From assembly GCF_009914755.1 (NCBI RefSeq), contig NC_060935.1: a stretch of DNA of 64,000 nt. The stretch is one strand, 5' to 3'. Position numbers and translations under genes: made by a program. The notes under the pieces are model-generated. The model searched no databases. It saw nothing but the letters and a program-made list of their open reading frames with translations, and was not told the DNA's origin. The first letter of the stretch is position 1, and every line of letters begins with the position of its first letter. Positions 50,899-64,000 of the stretch are shown here, piece by piece. Origin of the DNA: the human T2T-CHM13v2.0 reference genome, Homo sapiens.

Positions 50899-53714
50899 GA
50901 GGAGGCCCAGGCTCGAGGCCTCATTTGGCCACTCTCCGGTGGGCCTCAGTGTCCCCACCTGGGTGGCATGTGTCCTTATACCAACCCCGTGGGCTACGGT
51001 GGGAATCAGCGGAGTGACAGGGTGCAATGATGGCTCAGGCAGATACAGTGGCGTCACAGGGCCTGGTGGGTGCACCAGCCCCAGACGGTCCTGCTGGCTG
51101 TGGCACAAGATGTTCTCTCCCAGGATGTGCATCCTGACCTTGCCTGCGGGCACCGCTGAGCTGCTCTGCTCTGCGACACAGTGGCCCTGGTCTGTGTCAC
51201 TGTGACAGGTGACACCATTGCTCCGCTCCACTGGGAGGTAGGCAGAGGCTCCAGGCAGGGGCAGGGTGTGCCGTGTGCTGTCCTCAGCAGCGGGGAGACC
51301 GAGGAAGGCACAGCTCTGTCAGGATGCGGGCTGGGGGTCAATTAAGGAGAGACCGTCCATGAGGGCAGCAGGGGCCCAAGTGGACACAGGGAGGGGAAAA
51401 GCAGGGGCAGGAATGGAGGCACCATCGGGCCGGCCTGGAGCAGGGAGTACAGGGTGGAGCACGGGGCGGGAGCTCGGCACAGTGCCCAGCAGGGGCCCAG
51501 CCCCACCCTTGTTCTTGGAAGGGCCTCAGCTACAGGCCTGCAGGGAAGCTCCTGTTTACTGTCCGGTCCACCCTCGCTGGGGGCTACTATGAACCCCATG
51601 GAGGGCAGGCCCCTGGGAATCCACCCACAGGGACACCCCACCTGAAACCCCATACTCGAGGCCTAGCCCTCTGTACCCTCGGCCCCACGTTCTTCTCCCT
51701 CAAGACCCCAGACTCCAAACCCGGCGGGTGGGGAGCTGGGGCCTGTGCCCGGGGACTTATCAGAGTAGTGCTGGTGTTGAAACAGCTGCGATTTGTGCGC
51801 ACACATGGGAGAGTCAGAGTGTGTGAACCTGGCCCTGTGTGCACACATGTGTGCATGCCGAGGGTCAATGGAAGACCAGGCCACCTGTGAAGGCCAGCTT
51901 AGCCTGCTGAGAGCGGTGATGGTGGCTGCAAGCGGGGACAGGGAGGGAGGGGACAGCAGATGGGGAGGCGTTGGGTCCTGGTCCTGCCGCCCAGCTGGAT
52001 CTGGGACCTGCCTGCAGGGACAGGGACAAACCTGAGCAGGCTGTGCGCCCTTCCTGGGCACAAGGGTCTCCATGGTGTGCACGGGTGCTTCTGCAGGGTT
52101 TGGACGTGAGTTTGCTGCAGATGGGCTGAGTGTGTGTGCGTTTGTATGTGACTGCGTGCATCTGTGGGCTGAGAAGTTGCAAGTATGTTTCTCCCTGGAT
52201 CATGTTGATCTGGGATATGGATGGGGTGGGGTCCTGGGTCCTGCAGCTTCCCTGGCCCCTGCACCCTGAGCTCACCCCAGGGACCCTCCAGCATGCTTGC
52301 TCCCAGGGGCTCCGGCGCCTGCCCCACTCCCACTTGTCCACACCCTCTAGCTCCGTGGATGGGGATGGCTGCAGCCACACTCAAGCCCATGCCCCAGCTA
52401 AGCTCTGCTGGCCACCGCTCCTCTTCTCTGCAGCTGTCATCCTCTCTCTTGCTGCCTGGGGTGCACACTTCTTGGTGGGTGGCAGGTGGCAGGCATGCTG
52501 GGCCATCTCTGTCCTTGCAGACTGAGGCCCAGCCCCTTCCCTGGTGTTCCCTGAGGCTGGCACCCCCTTGCGGCCATCTGCGGCATAACCTCGCTCCCGG
52601 CCGCCTGTGCCGGAAAGAGGCTGGGGGTCCACAAAGCCCCCTCCCTGCCCGGGGAGGGGCCTGGCAGGCAAACGTGACAGGGCAGTCTGTGGGGACATTT
52701 GTGGGCACCTCAGGGGCCCCCGGGCCAGCTGGCATCGGGTGCACTGAAGGTGGGTGCCCATGGGCCCCAATTTCCCAGATGCCTCTGGGCTCCCCAAGCC
52801 CCTGACATGGTCAGTCAGGGGTAGAATTTTCTAGGGACACTTCCACACAGCTCCCAGACACCCAGGTAGGAGCAGGGGGCTTCTCGAAAGGTCTCTGGAG
52901 GCCTGAGAGGACCTCTGCCCCTCACTGACTCCCACCAAGGGCTCTTTCCTCCCTTCTGAATTGGCCAGCCCACCCTTAGCAAACCGGCCATGCAGTGAGC
53001 ACTCATGCAGTCAGGCCCTGGCTTGTTCTGGGGGGGCCACGCGGCTCCAAGTTCAGACCCCAGCCCTGAGCAAGGCTGCTCCCCGCTTCCCGCCCCCGGG
53101 GAGGGTTGCGCTGAGGTATTCGCAATGGGGCACCCCCCAGCTTTGCAGGGCACTGGTGGCCTCGCAAATTTGTGCAGCACCACGACGCCCTGGGGCTGTA
53201 TTTCCATCACCCCCATTCCACAGGTGGGAAAACGGAAGCCTGTGGACAGTGAGTGGCAGCGGGGCCCAGGCCTTCAGACTAGGGGAGCCGGGCTGCTTCC
53301 ACCTCCTTGAGGAAGAGGCATCTTGGGAGGAGGGCGTCCTGGCCTGCCAAGATGGGGGGCCGGTGCCCACCCCTGCCCGTGAGTCAGGGCATCAGATCTC
53401 GTGGGCACCACTCACAGGGGCAGATGTGGCAGGGGTCAGCTTGGGCCTGGGCTGGATCTGGGGTCTTGGCATCAGGGGGCTGAATCTGGCCTGGTAGAGG
53501 GTGGGCCGTCCCTGGGCTGTGCTGTGGCCCAGCTGGCTCTGGGCTCCAGCCACCGCCATGCTCACTATTATCCTCGAGAAACCGGTGGGCCCAGGAACAC
53601 TGGGGGGAGGTGAAGACCTGGGTTCTGGACCACACAGGTCATGAGGGTCTCCATCTGTAGCAGGGAGAGGGGTAGAGGGTTTGAGGTGAACAGAAGGATG
53701 GGTGTGTGGCCTCA

Positions 53715-54772
53715 TCAGTCTCTGTTTCTCTGTTTGCCTCTGTCTCTACCTGCCTCTCTCCCCATCTCTGTCTATCTCTATCTGTGTCTCTGTCTGTCTC
53801 CATCTCTATCTGTCTCTTCCCCATCTGTCTCTATCTTTGCGTCTCTATTTCTCTGCTTCTGTCTCTGTCTCTGTTTCTCTTCCCATCTCTGTCTCTCTCT
53901 AATTCTGTCTTTGTATCTCCATCTCTTTCTCCATTTCTGCATCTCTGTCTCCCCATCTGTGTCTCCCTGTCTCTGCGTCTCTGTTCCCCCGTCTCTCTGT
54001 TTCTGTCTATCTCCCCGTGTCTGTGTCCCTGTCTCTGCATCTCCGTCTGCTTGTCTCTGTCTTCATCTCTGTGCCTCTGTCTCCCGGTCTCCTTCCCTCT
54101 GTCTCCCTGTCTCTCTGTCTTTGTCTCCCTGTGTCTCTGTCTCCCCGTCTCTGTCTCCATCTCTGCGTCTCTGTCTCCCCGCCTCCATCTCTCTTCTGTC
54201 TCCCTGCGTCTCTGTCTCCTCATCTCTGTCTTCGTCTCCGCGTCTCTGTCTCCCCGTCTCCATCCCTCTGTCTCTCTGTGTCTCTGTCTCCCTGTCTCTC
54301 TGTTTCTGTCTCTCTGTCTCCATCTCTGTGTCTCTGTCTCCCCGCCTCCATCTCTCTTCTGTCTCTCTGCATCTCTGTCTCCCCATCTCTGTGTCCTTGT
54401 CTCTGTGTCTCTGTCTCCTCATCTCTGTCTTCATCTCTATGTCTCTGTCTCCCCTTCTCCATCTCTCTGTCTCTCTGTGTCTCTGTCTCCCTGTCTTTGT
54501 CTCTCTGTGTCTCTGTCTCCCTGTCTCTGTCTCCATCTCTGCATCTCTGTCTCCCCACCTCCATCTCTCTTCTGTCTCTCTGCATCTCTGTCTCCCCATC
54601 TCTGTGTCCCTGTCTCTGCGCCTCTGTCTCCTCATCTCTGTCTCTCTGTGTCTCTGTCTCCCTGTCTCTCTGTCTCTGTCTCTCTGCGTCTCTGTCTCCC
54701 CGCCTCCATCTCTCTGCATCTCTGTCTCCCTGTCTCTGTGTCCCCGTCCCCGTGTCTCTGTCTCCCATCTCA
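53715..54772. repeat. (TCTCTG)n-like pyrimidine-rich repeat, ~1.05 kb
   Basis: Degenerate tctctg/tctcc units. Confidence 0.95.
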
Positions 54773-57739
54773 CATGTACAGTCGGAGAGGAGGAGGAGCC
54801 CTGGGTGCTGAAGGCAGAAGTCAGGCCGAGGAGCCGCCCTGCAGGGTGTCCAGGTGGCCACACGGTGGGGCCCTCGTCCCATGTCCAGGTGGCCGGGCTG
54901 CAGGAGGAGGGTGCTGGTTCCTCAAGGAGGAGAGGGGCTGGGAAGGGGTCAGGAAAGGGGAGCTGGGGTGGGACTCAGGGGGTCTCCATCAGATTGCTCT
55001 CAGGGAACCAGGCTGGTCCCCAGGACCCCGAGGGAGGGACAGGACCGCAGGATGTGCGGCTCAACCGTGACTGCCACAGGAGTGGGGCAGGGGAAGGGTG
55101 GCGGGGCCAGGCGTGGGCCGCCCGAGGTGCTGACACTGCCAGGCAGGGCAGGGGTTGCTCACGTCCCAGGAGGCCCCCATAAGACTCCCACAGTCGAGTG
55201 CAGAGGTCTCCGAAGCGCCTCAGTCCCGCCTACAATCTAGCCATGGGGCTTGGGCTTAACGGGGGTCAATGGGCGCCAGGCCTGAGGACGTGGGGCCCCC
55301 AGACACACTTTCTCTACAGGCACGTCGCATGCCACACACCACACATGCACACACACACTTGCGGGCCCTGCAAACACGCGTGCGCAGATGCCAGCACACA
55401 CGGCCCTACGCGCAGCACACACAGTCACACACACGCCCTCGGCGGCCTCCTGCACAGCTGTGCACTCTTACACCACAGGAGAAAGGAAAGAATCACACCC
55501 CAGCCCAGAAAGAGACCACCGTGTGGCACCACAGCCCAGCCTGCAGGGTAGCAGGGGAGAGGCCAGCAAGTGACAAACGGGGGCCGGTCCGCAACCCCAG
55601 CTCCCTAACCAGGCACCAACTGCCGGGGCATCTTGGCCCCTGGGCTTCAGCTCCCCTGGGAGGATCCACATGGCCAGGCCGCACACATGCCCCACCTCTC
55701 TCCACCCAGCTCAACGTCCTCCATCACCCACACCCCACGTGCCCTGTGCCATCCCACTCAGGACCTCGCTGCTTCCTTTCTCCCAGGGCAAAGCCCAGCT
55801 CAGGGGACAGAGGAGGGGGCCAGTGGGGGCCCCTGGAGTCCCCACAGTCACTGGACTTGGCATGCACGTCGGGGTGGGGACATGGCATGAGTCGTCTGCT
55901 GAGGTGGCCTTGAGCCCACCTCAAGGACCCAGAGACCTGGCAGGCGGCACCTTTCTAGGGGCTGTCCAGGGACCAGGCCTGGCCAGTATCTTCACCTGGG
56001 ATCAGGAGGGCTCCTCCTCAAAACCCACCCCAGGGATGTCGGGTGCATCCCTTCCCCCTCCAGGATCCTGTCCTCACAGCCACTGGCAGGGAAGGGGTCG
56101 TGGCCCCTGCTCCACAGAACTAGGAGCTGGGCCTGCCATGTGGTCATTCACAGGCCAGCCCAGCCCCATGTCGTCCCAGTTCTGGTGGACAGCAAGATGA
56201 GGCCACCTGGTGCTGGGCCTCTCGCCTCCACAGGGCCAGCATCCCTCCTTTAACTAGCGCTAGGCCTGGCTACTGGCTGGGAATACAACTGTTCCAGCCC
56301 CAAAAGTCACCTGTGCCTGCAGGGTCTCGCGCCTGGGTGTCCGAAGTCGGCACAGCACAGCCCTCACAGACATACCTAGCCCCGGACCTTCTGAGCTGAG
56401 CAGTGGGAGCCAGGGCCTGGCTGGCATAGCTCACTGTCTGCCCTGGGCAGGTTGACCACCACAGACAGACAGCCACAGACCAATGGCCTAGAGGACTGCC
56501 AGCCAAGGCACAGCCCTTTGTCCAGCACAGCCAGCACCTGCAGACAGGGACAACCAGGAGTGGGTGAGAGTCAGACAGGCTGACCCGCAGAGGGCCTCCA
56601 GCTGGGGACATGAGGGCAGACGTCACAAAACCACAGCATCTCCTGTTTCCCTGCCGCAGGCGTGAGGGGACGTGGTGGTGCGGGGAACAGGGCAGCTAGC
56701 GGAGCCCGGGGCAGCTAGCGGAGCCTGGAGCAGGAGGCGGCCTGGGCAGGCCTGGAGGAGGGAGCCCTTCTCACCCTCCTGCCCAGAATACCTAGGTCCT
56801 TCCTGGCTGGCCAGCTCCGTCTCCACTGGGCTCCCTGACCATACTTTCTATACCCACTTCTCTGCCGTGCAAGGGAGGCCATGGAGGCTTGAAAGCATAG
56901 TCTCTGACTATGTCCCCTAAGGTCGGGCCATCCTCCCCTCCTCAGCCTGGGCCTTCCCAAGACAGGGGCCCTTTTGCTGGAACTTTTGGACAGTCAGGTG
57001 ACCTGGCATCCACCAGGGACCTCTGAGGCTGAGCACAGAGAATGCCCCACCTCCAGGAGCAGCCCGTTGCTGCAGTGGGCCCTGGACAGAACCCCCAGGC
57101 CACAGCTGGGGCCCATCCCATGACTGCCCTGCTGCAGACTTGTTGCTGGGCCACTCTGGCCGAGGCCTTTATAAGCGCCTACTGCATGCTGCCCCACTCT
57201 GAATGTGGTATGGCCGGCAGGGTGGCAGGGGCCCGGGGTCAGCTCATGGTGCAGCGTTCAGCGCAGGTGCGCTGTTGGCTCCTCTGATGGCTCACGGGGC
57301 CAGCCCTGCAGCTAGCAGGGTGTGAGCCCAGAGCCCCAAGGTGTTTCTGGGTCCCCAGACTCCCCAGTTGCTTGTTTCAGCCCAGCAGCCCCCTTCCTGA
57401 GCTGGATAGGACCGGGGCTCCTCCGAGAGGCCTAAGTCTGCATCCTAAGGCAGGCCAGATCCCCCTCCCCACCCGTGTCCCAGCCCATCCTCCACCCTGG
57501 CACCTACCCGGGCACACCGGTGAGCACTGGATGGCCGTTCCACCTGGAGAAAATGTCCCCTGTGCTGAGCAGGACAGACAGGGTGTGGAGGTGAGGGCAA
57601 GACAGAGGCAGGGGCTGGACAGGGAGCGGGCACAGAACGACCAGGGCTCTGGACAGGCCAGGGCAGAGAAAGCAGTGGCCTGCACAATCTTGCCCTGGTG
57701 GGCGGCCTCCGGGACTAAAGACGCTCGCTATCCTGAGAG

Positions 57740-58030
57740 CTCAGTCAACTCAGGCAGCCAGAACAAAGGGCCACAGACTGGGGGCTTAAACCCTACGCAT
57801 TCATTTCCCATAGCTCTGGGGTCTGGGCGGCCCAGATCAAGGGGCCAGCAGATGCGGTTGCTGGTGAGAACCCGCTTCTTGGCTCCCCGTCGGGGCCTCC
57901 CCAGGCTCACATGGACAGCAAGCAAGTGCTGTGGGGTCTCTTCTTATAAGGATACTCACTGTATGGGGTCAGAGCCCACACTTGTGCCCTCATTTAGCCT
58001 TGACTACCTCCACCAAGGCCACACCTACGC
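57740..58030. mobile_element. MaLR (MLT1/MST-type) solo LTR fragment
   Basis: ccacagactgggggcttaaac...ctctggggtctggg...cagatcaagg...ctggtgag...ctcttcttataaggatact. Confidence 0.75.
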
Positions 58031-58619
58031 CCTTTACAGAACCCCCACGATGGGCCACGGTCCTGTTGGATCCTCACCCTCTTCCCACAAAGCAGACACT
58101 CCCAGACTTCACCAAGGAGACACGGAGGCTGCAGAGGTGGACGCATGGGCAAGGCCATCAGCTGGGGAAGGACTGCCCTGGCGTCTGGGCTTGTTGCCTG
58201 CCTCCTGGCCCCAGACAGCCTATTCCAACAGCCCTTCCTCCCAGCCGCCCACCCACATCTGTCCACCTTCCCGGGGGTGTCCTGTCATCTGCCAGTTCCT
58301 TTTTTCACCCTCGAGCAGCCCCCACAAGAGAGGACGGGGACCACCCAACTGCAGAACAAACCTGGACTCAGAGTCGACCAACAACCAAAGGTCAATTCTC
58401 TATGAAGGTGAAAAAGAGATATTTTCAAAGCAACTGAATTAATAAAACAGTCCAACTGCTTTAGGAAGATTTATTCATGAAAGAACTTCTGGGACCCCTC
58501 CCATATGATTATGGGCACACTGAGACATGTACTCTCTGGACCCCAAAAGCTCTTAAGCTAATAAGAGATAAGTTGTGATTTAACCCATGCCCATCTGCTC
58601 ATAAAAGTGGTGAGAGTTA

Positions 58620-58962
58620 ATGGATAGATGGATGAATAGATACATAAATGTGTAGATAGGTGCCTAAAGATAGATGCACAGACAGATCAAAGGATGACGG
58701 GAGGAAGAGAGGGAGAGATGGGTAAAGGGATGAATGAATGGATGGCAAAATGGATGGATGGATAAGTGGATGGGTGGATGGATGGATGGATGGATGGATG
58801 GATGAGGTGGATGGATGGATGGATAGATGGATGGATGGATGGATGGATGGATGGATGGATGGATGAGGTGGATGGATGGATGGATGGATGGATGGATGGA
58901 TGGATGGATGGATGAATAGATGGATAGATGGATAAGTGGGATGATGGATAAATGGGTGGATG
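58620..58962. repeat. (GGAT)n microsatellite with degenerate flanks
   Basis: Long tandem ggat runs interrupted by gaggt and agat. Confidence 0.95.
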
Positions 58963-61900
58963 GAAACTGAGAAGAAAGACCTTTGCTGTATTCCAAACAC
59001 CATATCCTTAGTCTAAAGACTCAACTCTGGTCCCTGCCAGCTTGGAGATTTGCCTGGGTTGACCCTCTTGTAAACAGACCTAACAGACCTCCAGTTCTCT
59101 GAAACCCCAATCCTTACCAATGTCAGACTTGGTAGCTAGTTAACGTAACCCTGAAACCCTGGCCCACCTGGGGCTTAGCCATGGTAGGGGGGCTGCCCAC
59201 TGCTAACTGGGTACCTTCTAAGTCCTCTGCCAAGCATCAGTATACCACATTAAGATTTAGTAGATAAATGGGTGCACACATCTGTACAATGTCTCCCTGT
59301 AGGGGAATCTCAGGACCCCGCTGAGGGGATGCTAGGAGCTGTGTGCTGTCCAGTCACTCTTGTCTTCTAGGCCCAGCAGAAAGGTCCTCTACTCCTCTGA
59401 AACAGAGGGGATCCCTCAACCCTTCCTCCTCTCCCTCCCCCATGGGGGCCATTAAGACCCCCATGAGTTCTAGACCACATGGTCCTCTAGTGCTTGGTTC
59501 ATCCCAGGTGTCTGCCAGGCCCTGCCCAAAAATGCAATGTCTGGGCAGCAAGGAGGCTGAGGCCAGACCCCACCCTCATCCATGCCTGGAACCTGCATCC
59601 ACGTGGCAACCCCTCCCTCCAAACCCAGCTCATGCCAGGGCTCAGAGCATGGTGGAGAGGGTAGCCCTGGGCACCCGGGGCATGGCAGGACTGCCCTGCC
59701 TGCCCCGCCTGCCCCGCCCTGGCCCGTGCCTGCAAGAGCCACCTAGGGAAGGCTCCTTCACCTGGCCCTGGGCCTACACTCCACCCAGGAATGTCCTGCA
59801 CCCCTGGAGTGTGGAGATGAAGGTTACGGGGTCCAGCCTCTGGGCACCGGGACATCTGGGGTAGGGGCTGAAGGCCATTCAAAGCCCCTGACCCGAAGTC
59901 TACCTTCCCTCCTCGCCCCTCCCCCACCCACCCTGGGGGAGGTTTGTAATCTTCAGTGTCATAACCTGTCAGGCCTGTTTGGAAGGGAAGGGCCGCCAGC
60001 TTCCTACCAGGGAGCAGGGAGCTCAGGCGTTGGTTAGAGAAGAGGTGAAGCGTGCACAGGAAGCGTGCGGGGCCCCCCTGGCCATGGGGGAGGGGCGCCG
60101 GCCGACGGGAGCTTGGGCACGTGCTCACACACGGGACTGGACCGTGTGTCACAGCAAGCCTGGGTAGGTGCAGACAGGTCCGCGCGTGTCACCTGCGCAG
60201 TGCACAGGGGCCTCTGCTGCGGACGCAGGGCCTGCCGGAGTGACTGCCTGGCTGCCCAAGATTCCAGGGGTTCCACTCCATCCGGTGCTGAGTGGTGCCC
60301 CCCACCCCAGAGACCTGGGACAGCCGAGAAATGGAGGAGAGGAACCCACCCACCCAGCCCTGTGGCCTCCAGGCTTGACTTGGGTGCAGCTGGCAGAGGC
60401 CCTGCCCCTCTGGCTGTCTCCCTCCTAGAGGGGTCTAGGAGTTTCAGGAACTGGGGACCGAGGGAGGTCTTCTGCAGAGACAAGAGGGCGCAGGGCGCAG
60501 GCCAGGAAACCCCTTCACCTGCAGAGCCATCGGTGTGGGGAGGTCAGCCACGGGGTGTCTTGGTGTCTCAAGGGGGCCTTAGGTAGAGCTGTTCACTCCC
60601 TCCTTGTGGCCCCCCGAGGCCCAGGAGGGACCTGGAGCCCATGTCCCAGGAGTGCCCTTGGGAAGGTCAACTCCAGGAACCCTTGCAGCCCGAGGCTAGG
60701 GCTCTGAAGCTGGGATGGGCAGCGGGGGCCCTGCAGGGCCCCACAGGCACAGAAATCTCTGTAATCCTGAACCATAAAGGGGCCGCCTTCCCTTTTGATT
60801 CTAAATTTTAATAGCAAAATGAAGAGATAAGTCAGCTTTGATCTGAGTTTTATTAGCCTATGCCTTTGTTCCCTCTCTCCTTTAGGGGAACAGACGGGTT
60901 TACGGCTGGTCTCCCCATCCCTCTGTCAGCTGCAGGCGGGTGGCGGGCGGCCGCTCTGATAAGGCCTGGTCCCTGCCCCTGTGCCTCTGTGGGGTGCCGG
61001 CACAGCAAGCCTGGGACCTGGCCGCCGGCCCCTCCGCCAGGTCACCGGGAGGCCTGGGGGGCAGGTACCCTCAGGTTAGGGGGACTCTGGGATACAGACC
61101 CCTGCAAGCCCGTGGCCTCCTATTTCTCCCATCCCACCTCCCTCCCTCTGCCTGATGACTCCCATGGGTGGGGCTTCTGCCTTCCCAAGGCCCTGTGCCT
61201 CAGTTTCCTTACCTAAAGAACAGGGTGCTAATGGAGACAAGGGAGACCAGGAGACAGCTCAGCCAGGGGCCAAACCAGCAGCTATTGCTATGGAGGTTCA
61301 GGGAGGTGAGGATGTTGGACCACAGGCTGGGAACTGGCCCTCCAGGGACCCCTGAGGAGAGCAGGCCTGGGATCCTGGGGCTGGGCTGGGGGAGCCGGTG
61401 GACTCCAGGGTGAACGTGGTGTTAGCCTGTGTCTGCTGGGACTGGGCCACAAGAGTTCCCAGCTTCAAAGGGCCAGGGGAGGCCTCGGGGCCCCGCCCAC
61501 CTGTGAGTTCGGGGACATCAAAGGGCCCCACCCAAGGGGCGGCTGGCAGTCGGAGCAAGGGTAGAAACATCCAGAACTCTATCTCCAGAGGGAGCCGCTG
61601 GGGTCAGCCCCACCCCTGGGTCCACTGGAGGCCCCCTGCAGTGACCCGAGGCCCCTGCCTCACCCTGAGGTTCTGGCCAGGCCGGTGACACCCCACCTCT
61701 CTGGGTGAGGGCCTTGCTCCCAGGGGTGGCTGGGGAGTGGTGGGTGGGGCTTCTGGGGGCTGTGACACAACCGCACTCCACTTAATGATCACCCAGTTTT
61801 AACGGGGATCCAGGAGCTTCTGGGGGGTGCTGGGTGCTGGGTGACACCATGGCCCCCCCGTGCGTCCCTAGCCTGGCGGCAGGTGCTCTGGGCCCTCTCC

Positions 61901-62754
61901 CTGGGACTATCTGCCTGGACGGCATTTTCTGGCCCTTTTAACCACCGGGGTCCCTAGCCCAGCCCTGGGCCTTTACGATCAGGAGGTGAGGAGGACCCCT
62001 CACCCCAAGGGAAGCCTCACCCTGATGGGACAGGCCTGGCCTCGGCTGAACTGCACAGAGGGGGGGCCCTTGAGAGCTCCCCTGCTACAGCCTAGGTGCC
62101 CCCTTCCACTGCCCTGGCAGTAGCAAAGGTCCACAGCATGGGTGGACATGCCTGATGGCAGCCCTACTGTGTGCCAGGTGCCAGGACGCAGCCTGACCCC
62201 AGGATCCGGTTCGCTCCTCTCCACAACCCTGGGCGGGGATCCTCTCCTAGGACCCTCCGGAGCCTGAGGGTCAGAAGGTGGTGACATCCAGTCACACGGA
62301 GAGGGACTTGGAGTGTCTGTACGGCACCATCCTGTCCCGCTGCCTAAAGGGAGCGCCTGCTTCAATTCCTGCCCCCAGGGCCGTAGGAGCAGGCCTTCCG
62401 GGACTCCGTTCCTAGGATCACCGATGGAATTCCTGGTGGGGGTGGGACTCTGCCCCTCCAAGGACTCTAGAGGATTCCATGACAGGGTGGGTTGGGCCTG
62501 AAGGGCAGGGGCCAAGTATGGGGGCCTCCCCACAGATGTGAAAGCAGAGGTTTCCCTACCTCCTGCCAGAGGGCAGGGAGCATAGCTGGATGCTGTGGCT
62601 GGGGGCAGGACTCCTGGCAGCCTTGTTCCCCAAGGCAGAGGGTGACAAATCACTAATTGGCCTCTGGGGCGGTGCTGCACCTGACCTGGGCTGTCTTCAG
62701 GGGCTAGTGATTCGCTGAAAAAAGCCCACATTCTGCCAAGGCTCAGCCTCCACA

Positions 62755-63645
62755 CCTCCTCACATCCCAGCCAGCCATCCTCCCCACCTCCCTCCCTCCC
62801 AGCCTCCAGCCTCCCTACCTCCCAGCAGCCCAGCCTTCCAGCCTCCCCACTTCCCAGCCCCTCTGCCTTCCAACCTCCCTACTTCCCAGCCTTCCAGCCT
62901 CCCCACCTCCCAGGCTCCCCACCTCCCAGCCTGCCCACCTTCTACCTCCAAGCCTCCCCACCTCCCCACCTCTCAGCCTCCCCACCTCCCCGCCTCTCCA
63001 CCTCCCTACTGCCCAGCCTCCAGCCTCCCTACCTCCCAACAGCCCAGTCTTCCAGCCTCCCCACTTCCTAGCCCCTCTGCCTTCCAACCTCCCCAACTCC
63101 CAGCCTTCCCACCTCCCAGCCTGCCCACCTTTCTACCTCCAAGCCTCCCCACCTCCCTACCTCTCAGCCTCCCCACCTCCCAGCCTCCCCACCTCCCTAC
63201 CTCTCAGCCTCCCCACCTCCCAGCCTCCCCACCTCCCTACTTCCCAGCCTCCCTGCCTCCTTACCTCCCAGCCTCCCCACCTCCCTACCTCTCAGTCTCC
63301 CTACCTCCCAGCCTCCTCACCTCCCTACCTCTCAGCCTCCCCACCTCCCAGCATCCTCACTTCCCAGCCTGCCACCTTTCAGCCTCCCCACCTCGCTACC
63401 TCCCAGCCTCCCCATCTCCCTACTTCCCAGCCTCCCTGCCTCCCAGCCTCCTTACCTCCCTACCTCCCAGCCTCCCCATCTCCCTACTTCCCAGCCTCCC
63501 TACCTCCCAGCCTCCTCACCTCCCTACCTCCCAGCCTCCCCACGCCCCTACCTTCCAGCCTCCCCACCTCCCTACCTCTCAGCCTCCCCACCTCCCAGCC
63601 TGTCAGCCTCCCCACCTCCCAGCCTCCCCACCTCCCAGCCTCCTT
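62755..63645. repeat. C-rich tandem repeat (CCTCCCCA/CCTCCCAG/CCTCCCTA units)
   Basis: ~0.9 kb of 8-bp-periodic units. Confidence 0.92.
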
Positions 63646-64000
63646 TCCTCGTGTGAGTGTTGTGGAGGGACATTGGGAGAAGGGGCTTATCCGGGACACA
63701 ATGCACTGATCCTAAGACATTTGTTTACACTTATTGTCTCTGAAAGCAGGTTTCATGTGAATGCTGCCAACAGCCAGGTTCATGACATGGTGGCCCCAGC
63801 TCAACACGGATGAACCTGACTGTATCACCTGGCAGTGACCCCTCTACACTTCCATCCCAAGCCTCAAGGGCCCATCTAGGGAAGGACAGTGAGTCTGGGG
63901 CGCCGTCCAGAGATCATTTGCTGGCACCTGCTGGTAAGATCTAGATACCGGCAGAGCAAGCAAAAGTTCCCGGGTCAATCGTGGAGGCCCCTCTTGGGGA

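Noticed and set aside
53641-55182. 513-aa and 454-aa Ser/Leu/Cys-rich ORFs
   Set aside because: Translations of (TCTCTG)n.
56690-56725. 19-bp tandem duplication gggcagctagcggagcc
   Set aside because: Real but tiny, with no functional context; ordinary slippage.
57372-58442. 356-aa ORF
   Set aside because: Non-ATG (TTG) start, runs through a MaLR LTR, has no recognisable domain, and is plausible by chance at this GC content.

Overview
This is human (eukaryotic) genomic DNA from chr11p15.5, the IGF2-INS-TH cluster, with the protein-coding genes on the minus strand. In window order it holds: the 3' exons of IGF2-AS (+), upstream IGF2 exons shared with the INS-IGF2 readthrough, IGF2 DMR0, the IGF2 P1 exon and promoter, the complete INS gene, a ~2.1 kb class III INS VNTR (ILPR), the complete 14-exon TH gene with the TH01 STR (allele 9.3), MIR4686, and ~33 kb of non-coding TH-upstream sequence containing Alu, L1, MIR and MaLR fragments and simple repeats. 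I checked the coding exon boundaries by hand (GT-AG; INS 333 nt, TH1 1494 nt, INS-IGF2 603 nt). The haplotype reads as the class III type 1 diabetes-protective type. The locus is very well studied and I found no convincing new protein-coding system. The best unexplained structures are a 255-bp, 254/255-identical inverted repeat ~6 kb upstream of TH and a duplicated enhancer-like 27-bp core. Nearly all ORFs in the supplied track are artefacts of GC-rich or repetitive DNA. Gene, variant and element names are from memory, not from a database search.
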